Source: Euglena gracilis
Taxonomy: Eukaryota
DNA: 64,000 nt
Assembly (NCBI GenBank): GCA_039621445.1
Contig: CP154954.1
Location: forward strand, 17,824,589-17,888,588
Reading direction: 5' to 3'
A program made the translations under genes and the position numbers. Positions 23,626 to 64,000 of the stretch are shown one piece after another. The first letter of the stretch is position 1. The number at the start of each line of letters is the position of its first letter. A model generated the notes under the pieces. That model made no database searches. It saw only the letters and a list, made by a program, of their open reading frames with translations, and had not been told where the DNA came from.

Positions 23626-26403
23626 ATGGGGACCCATCACAGTCGTCAATCAAGGAAACATTGTCATGAGAGGGAAAAACAGGTCTGGCAGACTACCCAT
23701 CACTGTTCTCAGCCCCACCCCTATGGCAGGGGAAATATGACAAGTCCAAAGGGTTCAAGTCAGGAAGGTGGAGACCCTCCTCAAAATGGCCATGGGGGCC
23801 ATCTGTCAACAGGGCCTTGGGCCCTTCTCCAAGGCTATGGCAGCCATCATTCAAAAGGGCATGGTGCCCATTTTCAAGGACACAGAACCCAGAATCCCAG
23901 CAGGGGACCCCAGTGGGGAGAGGTATGTCCAACTATCCCCCCAGCACCTTCAAAATCATTCCCCCCAGGGGATGCAAGCCACCGCCAAGACAGGTGGCAT
24001 CAAATCCCAAAGGGAAATGCAGCCATGGTGGCTCATCTGGGGAACCAAGAGGGAAAAAGAAGGCACAAGAAAAGTGCTGGAGAGAAGGTCAATGGAGACC
24101 AAGAAGGACAGATGGCCCCGAAGGCCAATGGAGGCCATCACAATCAAGATATCAAGGCCAATGGAGGCCATTTCAAGCAAATTCAGTGCATTCAAGATAT
24201 CAGCCCTTGGGGAGGAGGCCCAAGATTGGCTACACCAGGGCCCCCCCAGAAGATAACCAGCCCCCCAGCTATATATGTACCTCCCCATTGCAGACACAGA
24301 CTTTCCCCAACCTTTCAAAATCAGGGGGAAAGCCTGTCTTTGAGCAGCCCTATGGCAGGGCCAGAGATGGCCCCAGTGATGGGGGAGCCAGGGAAGACCC
24401 CAGTGATGGGGCAGCCAGGGGAAAGGACCCCAGTGATGGGGCCTGTGGAATCCCCAGACACATTACACCCAGGGGTGCCCCCATACAAAGCCTTACAGGC
24501 CAGCATTCCCCATTGGGTCAAGGCAGGAGCCAGCACAGAGGTATTAAACTTAATAAGGGAAGTGGTCAGGGCAGATCTTCCCCTCCCCCCTCAGATGTCC
24601 TTAAAAGTGCCCTTCAAAACTCACCAAGAAATAATGACTGCCCAGAAGATTCTGAGAGAATACGAATGTGCAGGGGCAACCAGACAAATCACCCCAGAGG
24701 AGGCAAAACATTTTGTCCCTTATTTTATCATTTCCAAAAAGGAAGGGGGAAAGACAAAGGAAAGACTAATTTCAGATTGTCGACAGTTAAATCACTATTT
24801 CAACCCCCAGAAGTTCAGATTGGAACACATGGGAAACATCTTCCCATATCTCAGAAAAGGTTGGTTCTGTGGAAAAATCGATCTGAAAGATGCTTATTTC
24901 CACTTAAAGCTGCACATCAGCCTGGAAAAACATGTTTGCATGCAGGTGGGGGGGGGGAACATGGCAATTTCAAGCTGCTTGCTTTGGTATAAGCAGCCTG
25001 CCCCAAAAGTTTATGACTCTCATGAGAGTCTGGGAAAGAAAATGGAGAAAGGAAGGAAAAGTAGTTTTCATCTACCTGGACGACATTTTGTTGTTAGCCC
25101 CCAGCAAAAAGACAGCAACCCAACATTTGGCAGAAATGAAAAAAGATCTCTTACTGGCAGGTTTCAGAATAAACCTCCCCAAATCATGTCTGGAACCCAC
25201 ACAAGAAATGAAGCATTTGGGCCAGTGGATCAATCTGAAAAAAGGCCAACTGGAAATTCCACAGGAAAAACTAAACTCCTTAAGAAAGGAATTAGGAAAG
25301 GTGCTGACAGCACAAAAAATGAGCTGCAGAAAACTCAGCTCTATTGTAGGGCAGGTAAGAAGCTATTTAGTTTCAATGCCTTTCCTCAGAATCCTGACAG
25401 ATCAACTTTGCAAAATGGTGGATCTGCACACCAAGTGGGGTTGGGACCACACCTTGACCATTCCCCAGGGGGTCAAAGATCAAATTGTGGAGTTAAAGGC
25501 ATTTTTGCAGCCAGGTGTGGGCAGAGCATTTCAATTCCAGGCCTCTCAGGAACTGTTCTCAGACAGCAGTACCTGGCAATGGGGGGGGGGGGGGCTGGAC
25601 AAAGATTCAGGCCAAAGGGTGCAGGATTTTTGGAGGGACCTGCATGTCCTTCATATCAATCAAAAAGAGTTGCAAGCTGCAGTGGAAACTGTAAGATCTT
25701 TGGCCAAACCAAAGCAAACAATTGTGCTTCATGTGGACAGCCAGGTGGCTGTCAGTTATTTGGCAAAATGCGGAGGCAAAAAGCAATACCTAAATTCCAT
25801 CCTAAAACCCCTGTTGTATCATTGTCAGGAAAAACAAATCAATTTGCAGGTGGTTTGGGTTCCCACAAAAGAACAATTGGCAGACTCCCTGACCAGGGAG
25901 CAAAAGGACCCAGGGGATTATACTCTAAACCTGAACATCTTTCATCAAATTCTTCAATTCTTCAGAAGGGACATAACCCCAGAGGTGGACATATTTTGCA
26001 CCCCCAGCAACAAAAAATTCCCCAACTTCGTTTGTCGATACCCCCACCAAGGAGCCTTGCTGGTGGATGCCTTGAGGGCAGACTTGCGGGGCCTCCCCCC
26101 AGTTTATGCAAACCCTCCCTGGAGCATCATTCCCCAATGGGTTCAGAGATTAATGTTACACCCAGACCTAACATGTCTGTTGATCGTACCCCACTGGGCT
26201 TCAACATCATGGTGGCGCCAATTAATGTCAATCAGGCAGCCAGGCAGCAAAGTTTTGTGGGTACCCCCCCCCAATGGGGTCTGTTCACCAACTGCTGGGG
26301 GGAGGAGATGCCCCCCCCAAGGTGTAAGTTGGCCTGCTTGATTGTGTCAGGCAAGTATTACAATCCCAGGAAGTTTCGATGTCCAGTATCGACACTTACA
26401 TAA
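23626..26403 (+). pseudogene. DIRS-C RT/RNase H/adenine MTase polyprotein, frameshifted
   Basis: IDLKDAY, YLDD, YANPPW; frameshifts at homopolymers near 24950 and 26265. Confidence 0.88.
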
Positions 26404-27074
26404 AAAATCTGGGAAATGTCAAAAGATATGACTCAGCCTTCAGGGCATTGGTGGGCCAGTTATTGCACAAGGGGGTGCCCCTGCAGGATTGCACAATCCA
26501 CAAGATGGCTGAAGCCATCCTTGATCTTGCTGCTCACAGCATCAATACTGCACGAAATGCATATGCAGCAGCCTTGTTACTCCCAGGGTTTGGGTCATTG
26601 AGATTTTCACCCCTTCTGGCTCCACTGAAAAGGAAATGGAATTCCAATGTCTGCAAGTATGCCCATTTTTGGGACCCAACTGGTTTCCTAGAAAACATCT
26701 TGAGGAATTCAACACCCCTCTCAGACCTGTCTGTGAAAGGTCTCAGAAACAGACTCATCATCTGTTGGAGGCTTTTGGCCCTCCACAGGGGGGTTGATCT
26801 AGCCAGGACACAGCGAAAAATCAGTTTCGTGGGAGAAAAATTTTTCATTTTATTGCAAAGAAAAGGATGGCAGTTCCCAAGATGGGAGGAAGTTTTGAAT
26901 TTGCCACACACCCCCCTCATCAGCCCCTGGCATTTATTGAAAGAGTACGTGGAAAGGACAGCCCACATGGTTGGGAACAAAAATAATTTGTTATGGTCTT
27001 TGGATGGTAAAAGACCTTTGACCTCAGAAAGAGTGAATTCCCTTACCAAAGAAATTCTGCAAGAGTGGGGGGTG

Positions 27075-30000
27075 GACCATTCAGGCTCCGCACTGCGAGA
27101 TGGTGAGGTCCTGCTTTCCTTGCCGGCTGTTCTGTTCTGGTGTGTTTGTGCGTGCGCGGGGGGTGCTTCTTACTGCTTTTTGTTGCCGGAGTTGGCTGAT
27201 TCCTATTTCTGCCCTTCGACCTCAAGGAGAAAGAGTTTTACTACTACGAGTTCAAGTGGAATTGTTTTTTCGAGGAGTTCTGCCTTCCCGAGAACCAATA
27301 CTCTTACCAACTGGTGGACCGAACTTTCTGTGGAACTTCAACTTCCTGAAGGAAGAATTCAACTGGAACTGGAAGAAATTCAAGAAAAAAGAACAAGAAA
27401 TACAACAGATATCGACAACTGGATTTCCATGAAGAATGAATTTCAAAGAAACTCTGAATCTCAAGAAGAACTGCAAAGAACTTTCAAGAAGTCAGCTGAA
27501 GCTGGGGAAGGTGGAGTCACAGCAGCAGCTGCAGAAGCTGGAGGGGCGGCAGCAACTAGCCAGTCCGTGGCCATCGCAACCCCCCCACCCCCCAAGGCTT
27601 CTGAGATTTTCAAATCCCCCTCTCAACATGAGAATGGCCATGGACCATGGACAACTGTGGTCAGGAAGAGAAGACAGAAGAGGAATACCATCACAGGTCC
27701 AACAGATTCCCCCCCCTTTTCTATGTCCACCCCCTTCCAGGGGACAAGACAAAGGCTATGGCAGCCTTTCAACAAATCCAAAGGATTCAAATTATCATGG
27801 CTATGGCAGCCATCAACAAAAAGGACCTGGGGTCCAAATTCAAGGCTATGGAAGCCATTATTCAAGAGGGCAGTGGGCCCAGGGGACAGGCTATGGCAGC
27901 CAGTACCCCAACCTGGAAAGCGCCCATTGGGGAAAGGTGTGTCCAACTTTCCCCCCAGCAATTTCAGACACAAACCCCCCAGGAGCGGCAAGCCAATGCC
28001 AAGAACAGGCCATGGTGGCCTTTATGGGAAATCAAGAGGGACAGAGAAGAGACAGTCCCAGAGAAAAGGCCAATGGAGGCCAAGCAAGCCTGAGAGCCAA
28101 GGGAGGCCAGAAGGCAAATGGTGGCCAAGCAGGCCTGAGTGCCAGGGGAGGCCAGAAGGCAAATGGTGGCCAAGGCAATCACCACATCAGCCCTTGGGGG
28201 GGAGGCCCAAGATTGGCTCAGACAGGCCCCCCCCAGAAGATAATCAGCCCAGCCTTGTATATACCCCCTCATTTCAGGCACAGACCTTCCCCCATCATTC
28301 ACAAACAGGGGGAAAGCCTGTCTTTGGAAAGCCCTATGGCAGGGCCAGCTACAGCCCCAGTGATGGGGCACCCAGGGGTAACCCCAGTGATGGGGCAACC
28401 AAGGGGAAGGACCCCAGTGATGGGGCCTGTGGAGTCCCCAGACACATTACACCCAGGGGTACCCCCTTACAAAGCCCTGCAGGCCAGCATCCCCCATTGG
28501 GTCAAGGCAGGAGCCAGCAGAGAGGTATTAAACCTGATAAGGGAGGGAGTTATGGCAGATCTTCCCCTCCCCCCTCAAATGTCCTTAAAAGTTCCCTTCA
28601 AAACTCCCCAGGAAGTAATGACTGCCCAAAAAATTCTGAGAGAATACGAATGTGCAGGGGCAACCAGGCAAATCCCCCCAGAGGAGGCAAAACATTTTGT
28701 CCCTTACTTCATAATTTCCAAAAAAGAAGGGGAAAAGACCAAGGAAAGACTGATTTCTGATTGTCGACAGTTAAATCACTATTTCACCCCTCAGAAGTTC
28801 AGACTGGAACACATGGGAAACATTTTCCCATACCTAAGAAAAGGATGGTTCTGTGGAAAAATAGATCTGAAAGATGCTTATTTTCACCTAAAACTGCACA
28901 GCAGCCTGGAAAAACATGTCTGCATGCAAGTGGGGGGGGAAACTTGGCAGTTTCAAGCTGCATGTTTTGGTATAAGCAGCCTGCCACAAAAATTTATGAC
29001 TCTCATGAGAGTCTGGGAAAGGAAGTGGAGAAAGGAGGGAAAGGTAGTTTTCATCTACCTAGACGACATTTTGCTGTTAGCCCCCAGCAAAAAGACTGCA
29101 GCCCAACATTTGGCAGAAATAAAGCAGGACCTTTTATTGGCAGGTTTCAGATTAAACCTCCCCAAATCCTGTCTGGAACCCACACAGGAAATAAAACATT
29201 TGGGCCAGTGGGTCAATTTGAAAAAGGGCCAGCTGGAAATCCCACAGGAAAAACTAAAATCCTTAAGAAAGGAGCTGGGAAAAGTGCTCACAGCACAAAA
29301 AATGAGCTGCAGAAAACTCAGCTCTATTGTGGGGCAGGTCAGAAGCTATTTAGTCTCCATGCCATTTCTCAGAATTCTGACAGATCAACTTTGCAAAATG
29401 GTGGATTTGCACACAAAGTGGGGTTGGGACCACACCCTAACCATTCCCCAGGGGGTCAAAGATCAAATTGTGGAGTTAAAAGCGTTTTTGCAGCCAGGTG
29501 TGGGCAGAGCCTTTCAATCCCAGGCCTCTCAGGATCTGTTTTCAGACAGCAGCACCTGGCAGTGGGGGGGGCTGGACAAAAACTCAGGCCAAAAAGTGCA
29601 GGATTTTTGGAGGGACCTGCACATCCTTCACATCAACCAAAAAGAACTGATGTCAGCAGTGGAGACAGTAAAAAGTCTGGCAAAACCAAAACAAACCATA
29701 ATGCTTCATGTGGACAGCCAAGTGGCTGTAAGTTATCTAACAAAATGGGGAGGCAAAAAGCCCTACCTAAATTCCATTTTAAAACCCCTGCTGTATCATT
29801 GCCAAGAAAAGCAAATCAATTTGCAGGTGGTTTGGGTTCCCACAAAAGAGCAATTGGCAGACTCCCTGACCAGGGAGCAAAAGGACCCAGGGGATTATAC
29901 CCTAAACCTACATATCTTTCACCAAATCCTGAAATTTTTCAGACAGGACATCACCCCAGAGGTGGACATGTTTTGCACACCCAGCAACAAAAAATTCCCC

Positions 30001-31719
30001 AAGTTTGTTTGTCGATACCCCCACCAAGGGGCTTTGCTGGTGGATGCCTTGAAGGCAGATTTGAGGGGCCTCCCCCCAGTTTATGCAAAACCCCCCTGGA
30101 GCATCATTCCCCAATGGGTTCACAGATTAATGTTAAACCCAGACCTGACTTGTCTGTTGATCGTACCCCACCGGGCTTCAACATCATGGTGGCGCCAATT
30201 AATGGCAATCAGAAAGCCAGGCAGCAAAGTTTTGTTGGTACCCCCCCAATGGGGTCTATTCACCAACTGCTGGGGGGAGGAGATGCCCCCCCCAAGGTGG
30301 AAATTGGCCTGCTTGATTGTGTCAGGCAAATATTACAATCCCAGGAAGTTTCGATGTCCAGTATCGACACTTACATAAAAAATCTGGGAAATGTCAAGAG
30401 ATACGATTCAGCCTTCAGGACATTGGTGGGCCAATTGTTGCACAAAGGGGTGCCCCTGCAGGACTGCACAGTCCACAAGATGGCCGAGGCCATCCTTGAT
30501 TTGGCTGTTCACAGCCTCAACACTGCACGAAATGCATATGCAGCAGTTTTATTACTCCCAGGGTTTGGGTCATTGAGGTTTTCCCCTCTTTTGTCTCCAT
30601 TGAAAAGGAAATGGAATTCCAATGTCTGCAAGTATGCCCATTTCTGGGACCCCACTGATTTTCTAAACAACACCATCAGACACTCAAGACCCCTCTCAGA
30701 ACTCTCTGTGAAAGAGCTCAGAAACAGACTCATCATTTGTTGGAGGCTTTTGGCCCTCCACAGGGGGGTTGATTTAGCCAGGACACAGCGAAAAATCAGT
30801 TTCGTGGGAGAAAAAATTTTCATTTTATTGCAAAGAAAAGGGTGGCAATTCCCAAGATGGGAGGAAGTTTTGAATTTGTCACACACCCCCCTCATAAGCC
30901 CATGGCATGTATTGAAAGAGTATGTGGAAAGGACAGCCCACATGGTTGGGCACAAGAATAATTTGTTATGGTCTTTGGATGGTAAACGACCTTTGACATC
31001 AGAAAGAGTGAATTCCCTTACCAAAGAAATTCTGCAAGAGGGGGGGGTGCACACCACCCACTGGAAACCCCACAGCACCAGAGGGGCTGGGGTTTTATGG
31101 TGGAAAAATGCTGGGTTGCAAGTGGAAGAAGTCCAGCAGCTGGGTCAGTGGAAAAATTTTGGGGCCTTCCAAGCTCACTATTTGCGACTGGGTGTCGTTT
31201 CAAAAATTCAAAATATTATGGCCCAAAGGGGGGTGCACAGTACCTCACCATCTCGCAGTGCGGAGCCCGAATGGTCTCGGACTCCCACGACAGAGGAAGG
31301 GGGAGGAAGGGACCAAGAGGGCGAAGCACAAGAAGATGGTGAGCCCAACCCCCCCACCCAAAAATCCAGCAGAAAAAGAAAAACATCCCAACCAGAAAAG
31401 GGACCCCCAACCAAGCAGCCCCAACCACCCACCCAGAAACACAGAAAGAGACCACCATCCCCATCAGGGGTGGGGGGCCCCCACCAAGCGACCATGCGAG
31501 AGGGGGGGGGCGGGGCCACGGCGGTTCAGCTTCGCCAAGGTGTCGGAGGAGGCCTCATCATCGCCAACTCCGGCAACAAAGGCGCAGTAAGAAGCACCCC
31601 CCGCGCACGCACAAACACACCAGAACAGAACAGCCGGCAAGGAAAGCAGGACCTCACCATCTTCTTGTGCTTCGCCCTCTTGGTCCCTTCCTCCCCCTTC
31701 CTCTGTCGTGGGAGTCCGA
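27075..31719 (+). mobile_element. DIRS-like retrotransposon copy D (innermost, most intact)
   Basis: Left extension and ITR 27075-~27197, ICR 31244-31343, right ITR and extension ~31563-31719; uninterrupted pol and YR frames. Confidence 0.92.
27436..30378 (+). CDS. DIRS-D polyprotein: low-complexity N-terminus, RT, RNase H, adenine MTase-like domain
   Basis: 980-aa open frame with IDLKDAY, YLDD, FSDSS, HINQKEL, HVDSQ, LADSLTR, DMFCT, YAKPPW. Confidence 0.9.
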   Translation: MNFKETLNLKKNCKELSRSQLKLGKVESQQQLQKLEGRQQLASPWPSQPPHPPRLLRFSNPPLNMRMAMDHGQLWSGREDRRGIPSQVQQIPPPFLCPPPSRGQDKGYGSLSTNPKDSNYHGYGSHQQKGPGVQIQGYGSHYSRGQWAQGTGYGSQYPNLESAHWGKVCPTFPPAISDTNPPGAASQCQEQAMVAFMGNQEGQRRDSPREKANGGQASLRAKGGQKANGGQAGLSARGGQKANGGQGNHHISPWGGGPRLAQTGPPQKIISPALYIPPHFRHRPSPIIHKQGESLSLESPMAGPATAPVMGHPGVTPVMGQPRGRTPVMGPVESPDTLHPGVPPYKALQASIPHWVKAGASREVLNLIREGVMADLPLPPQMSLKVPFKTPQEVMTAQKILREYECAGATRQIPPEEAKHFVPYFIISKKEGEKTKERLISDCRQLNHYFTPQKFRLEHMGNIFPYLRKGWFCGKIDLKDAYFHLKLHSSLEKHVCMQVGGETWQFQAACFGISSLPQKFMTLMRVWERKWRKEGKVVFIYLDDILLLAPSKKTAAQHLAEIKQDLLLAGFRLNLPKSCLEPTQEIKHLGQWVNLKKGQLEIPQEKLKSLRKELGKVLTAQKMSCRKLSSIVGQVRSYLVSMPFLRILTDQLCKMVDLHTKWGWDHTLTIPQGVKDQIVELKAFLQPGVGRAFQSQASQDLFSDSSTWQWGGLDKNSGQKVQDFWRDLHILHINQKELMSAVETVKSLAKPKQTIMLHVDSQVAVSYLTKWGGKKPYLNSILKPLLYHCQEKQINLQVVWVPTKEQLADSLTREQKDPGDYTLNLHIFHQILKFFRQDITPEVDMFCTPSNKKFPKFVCRYPHQGALLVDALKADLRGLPPVYAKPPWSIIPQWVHRLMLNPDLTCLLIVPHRASTSWWRQLMAIRKPGSKVLLVPPQWGLFTNCWGEEMPPPRWKLACLIVSGKYYNPRKFRCPVSTLT

Positions 31720-31781
31720 GACACCACCCACTGGAAACCCCACAGCACCAGAGGGGCTGGGGTTTTATGGTGGAAAAATGA
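30354..31781 (+). CDS. DIRS-D tyrosine recombinase (domain ends near 31200; the frame runs on through the terminal repeats)
   Basis: LHRGVDL, HSTRG, GQW, AHYL; the frame is open upstream to 28761. Confidence 0.85.
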   Translation: MSSIDTYIKNLGNVKRYDSAFRTLVGQLLHKGVPLQDCTVHKMAEAILDLAVHSLNTARNAYAAVLLLPGFGSLRFSPLLSPLKRKWNSNVCKYAHFWDPTDFLNNTIRHSRPLSELSVKELRNRLIICWRLLALHRGVDLARTQRKISFVGEKIFILLQRKGWQFPRWEEVLNLSHTPLISPWHVLKEYVERTAHMVGHKNNLLWSLDGKRPLTSERVNSLTKEILQEGGVHTTHWKPHSTRGAGVLWWKNAGLQVEEVQQLGQWKNFGAFQAHYLRLGVVSKIQNIMAQRGVHSTSPSRSAEPEWSRTPTTEEGGGRDQEGEAQEDGEPNPPTQKSSRKRKTSQPEKGPPTKQPQPPTQKHRKRPPSPSGVGGPHQATMREGGGGATAVQLRQGVGGGLIIANSGNKGAVRSTPRARTNTPEQNSRQGKQDLTIFLCFALLVPSSPFLCRGSPRHHPLETPQHQRGWGFMVEK

Positions 31782-33253
31782 AGGTTTGCAAGTGGAAGAA
31801 GTCCAGCAACTGGGTCAGTGGAAAAATTTCGGGGCCTTCCAAGCTCATTATTTGCGACTTGGTGTCGTCTCAAAAATTCAAAATATTATGGCCCAAAGGG
31901 GGGTGCACAATACCTCACCATCTCGCAGTGCGGAGCCCGAATGGTCTCGGACTCTCACGACAGAGGAAGGGGGAGGAAGGGACCAAGAGGGCGAAGCACA
32001 AGAAGATGGTGAGCCCAACCCTCCCACCCAAAAAATCAGCAGAAAAAGAAAGACATCCCAACCAGAAAGGGGACCCCCAACCAAGCAGCCCCAACCACCC
32101 ACCCAGACACACCCCAGAAAGAGACCACCATCCCCATCGGGGGGGGGCCCACCAAGTCACCATGGGAGAGGGGGGGGCGGGGCCACGACGTTTCAGCTTC
32201 GCCAAGGTGTCGGACGCGGCCTCATCATCGCCAACTCCGGCAACAAAGGCGCAGTAAGAAGCACCCCCCCCGCGCACGCACAAACACACCAGAACAGAAC
32301 AGCCGGCAAGGAAAGCAGGACCTCACCATCTTCTTGCACTTCGCCCTCTTGGTCCCTTCCTCCCCCTTCCTCTGTCGTGGGAGTCCGATCATCATCGCCA
32401 ACTCCGGCAACAAAGGCGCAGTAAGAAGCACCCCCCGCGCACGCACAAACACACCAGAACAGAACAGCCGACAAGGAAAGCAGGACCTCACCATCTGCTT
32501 GTGCTTCGCCCTCTTGGTCCCTTCCTCCCCCTTCCTCTGTCGTGGGAGTCCGACTCCGCCCTCGGTTTCCATATCTTCCTGGTCGGTTTTTCTCGCGGGA
32601 GTGCGCGTTTCTGGAGGTTTTTTAGGAAAACTGACTTTTCACCAAAACTTTCACCCTTGTGGGAGTGCGACTCTTTTTGCCGCTCCGTGAGGGAAACCTG
32701 AAATAGAATGTGACAGCATAAGCCCGCAAACAGCAGGAGGTCTACATAATGATTGGCTTTGTGCCTGTTGAAGTAAAAGCTGGCGACTGATAAATGATGG
32801 CCTGGTGAACAACTCCAGTGCAATTCCAGATACACTCACCTTGTGTGGTTGATGTGGTTCCCATGGGTGGGTCAACACCCTTGCGCCCTGGTGCTGTCCT
32901 TGCCCTCTTCTCACTTTTCTGTTTGGAGGGGTTGCATGGCGCGGGCACAGCGCCATGACTTGAAAAATTCATTCTAATGTGACCTCACCACTGCCCACCC
33001 GGGGGGATTCGTTGTTTGAGGCTGCCCAAAGCCTTCTTGACGGGAATAATTCCCTCCTGAGCATTCATTGCTCAACCACAAAAAGCGACGGCCGCATCTG
33101 AAATGCTGCGCCGCAAGGAATGGAAAAATCAAAGTGGCGTCCCGCGGGGGCGGCAGTCAGTCGAGGGTCCCGGCGACAGGCGGGGGTTGGGTGGGGCAGA
33201 GTCACGTGTGTGGATGCGCGGCCCCGGCGGCCGTAACAGTGCCGGCGGCCCCG

Positions 33254-62805
<29,552 letters not shown>

Positions 62806-63013
62806 CCCCCCAGGGCCAGGGGCTTTTTCAGGACCCGGGGGGAGGAGGGGGGGTCCGGACCCACCCACCCACCCCCTGGGGGAGGCCCCCCGGGGGGGGG
62901 GGGCTGGGGGAGACCCACTTTTGGGGGTCAATTTTGGGTCTAAATAAAATTTTCGGCGAGAAGCACCAAAAAAAAAAATGCCTCCAGAGTACCCACCCAG
63001 CCCGACCCCCCAC

Positions 63014-63993
63014 CAGGGTTTCCCACTGATTCGTACTTGGGGACTCCTTTGCCCATTCGTACTTATTCGTACTTATTCGTACTTATTCGTACCTATTCGT
63101 ACCTATTCGTACTTCAAAAAAGGGCCATGTATGGCAATGGGTGACCATTTGGTATGCTTCCTTGGGCACATCTTCAACGTTCTGAAACCGGGAAAAGCAA
63201 GGAAAACAGGTCATTCACTTGAGAAACTATCTAAGTGACGAACTCATGCTGGCGAAATTTGTGGGGAAAAAATCGCGCTGTGAAAAAAAATACAAAACAT
63301 TACAGGAAAAACACATTCCTTCTTTGCGACTGATGTTGTCCAGCATGCCATGCACGAACAAATACTCAAGATGAAAAAGCGGATTGTTCAATTGTGTGCA
63401 AAGCGTTCTTCGCAGTCACCATTGCAAAACATGCCAACGGCTGCTTGCCGAAGGTTAGATGACATGTGTTGGCGGTTTTTGACATCAATCAGTCCTGCCA
63501 ATCTGAAAGACCGTTCAGACCAGGGCAATTCAATTTTGTGAGCCACACTTTCTTCCCGCTCAAGGATTTCCTTATGCTCGCAATGTGTGTGGTATACACT
63601 CTGTCCACTGACGGTGCAAACTACTCCCCTCTTTCACACTGCCATATACAGATGTGTACTTTCGGATGAGTCCCCTGATGGATGGATGGTCTAACTTGTT
63701 GATGGGCAAACCTAAAAATCATTTTCGGAGGGAAAAGAGGACATGAGGCGTCCTGCAGCGTAAGATATGCATCACATACAGAGAAGTGTGAGGGGCCCTT
63801 CAACTCAGTGCAATGGTGTAGAAAATTGTACCTTTTTCTACTTGGCAATTCGTACTTATTCGTAACTGGGGAATTTTTCATTTGTACTTATTCGTACTTA
63901 TTCGTACTTATTCGTATTTTGGCACATCTCGGCAATTCGTACTTATTCGTACTTATTCGTACTTATTCGTGTACGAATCAGTGGGAAACCCTG
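63014..63993 (-). mobile_element. Non-autonomous hAT-like transposon with transposase C-terminal remnant
   Basis: Perfect 23-bp TIR cagggtttcccactgattcgtac, flanking duplication cccccac, ttcgtactta subterminal repeats; SERSFRLAGLIDVKNRQHMS...FCNGDCEERF on the minus strand at about 63390-63520. Confidence 0.85.
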
Positions 63994-64000
63994 CCCCCAC

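Larger units (their letters stand above)
26379..31910 (+). pseudogene. DIRS-C tyrosine recombinase split by copy D (26379-27074 plus 31720-~31910)
   Basis: ...KEILQEWGV (27074) rejoins DTTHWKPHSTRG (31720). Confidence 0.85.
23103..32388 (+). mobile_element. DIRS-like retrotransposon copy C (inserted at the edge of the right ITR of B; contains D)
   Basis: Left end gaccattc at 23103, right end gggagtccga at 32388. Flanks rejoin as gaggcc|tcatcatcgcc, the uninterrupted sequence seen at about 31548-31565. Confidence 0.88.
5019..32553 (+). mobile_element. DIRS-like retrotransposon copy B (contains the Gypsy element and copies C and D)
   Basis: Left end gaccattc... at 5019. The body resumes at 18962 after the Gypsy insertion. 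ICR at about 22792-22891. The right ITR is split by copy C at 23102/32389. Right end ...gggagtccga at 32553. Confidence 0.85.

Noticed and set aside
20470-26275. Frameshifts at G/C homopolymers as programmed frameshifting
   Set aside because: They differ between near-identical copies and are absent in copy D; slippage mutations or sequencing errors are more likely.
31560-32553. Three near-identical ~160-bp repeats resembling a repeat-spacer (CRISPR-like) array
   Set aside because: Fully explained as the stacked right ends of nested DIRS copies D, C and B; no cas genes and a eukaryotic context.

Overview
This is eukaryotic, repeat-rich nuclear DNA, most likely from a euglenid (inferred from GTGTG/GTGGG-type donors plus non-GT-AG introns with the euglenid CAG/CTG stem geometry). 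Bases 1-32553 are a nested retrotransposon cluster. It holds four DIRS-type tyrosine-recombinase retroelements (RT-RNase H-adenine MTase plus YR, with ITR/ICR ends), three of them nested (D inside C inside B). It also holds a 13.7-kb Ty3/Gypsy LTR element with a chromodomain integrase that carries both an N6-adenine-type and a C5-cytosine DNA methyltransferase between gag and protease. Bases 33254-62805 (minus strand) are the 3' part of an intron-rich DDB1 gene: 26 exons traced by hand, mostly GT-AG introns, plus 4-5 non-conventional ones. Its introns are full of hAT-type MITEs (CAGG...CCTG ends, 8-bp TSDs) and hAT transposase remnants. One non-conventional DDB1 intron is exactly such an element with a perfect 8-bp TSD, which points to a MITE-to-intron route. 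All homology calls come from motif recognition by eye; no searches were run.
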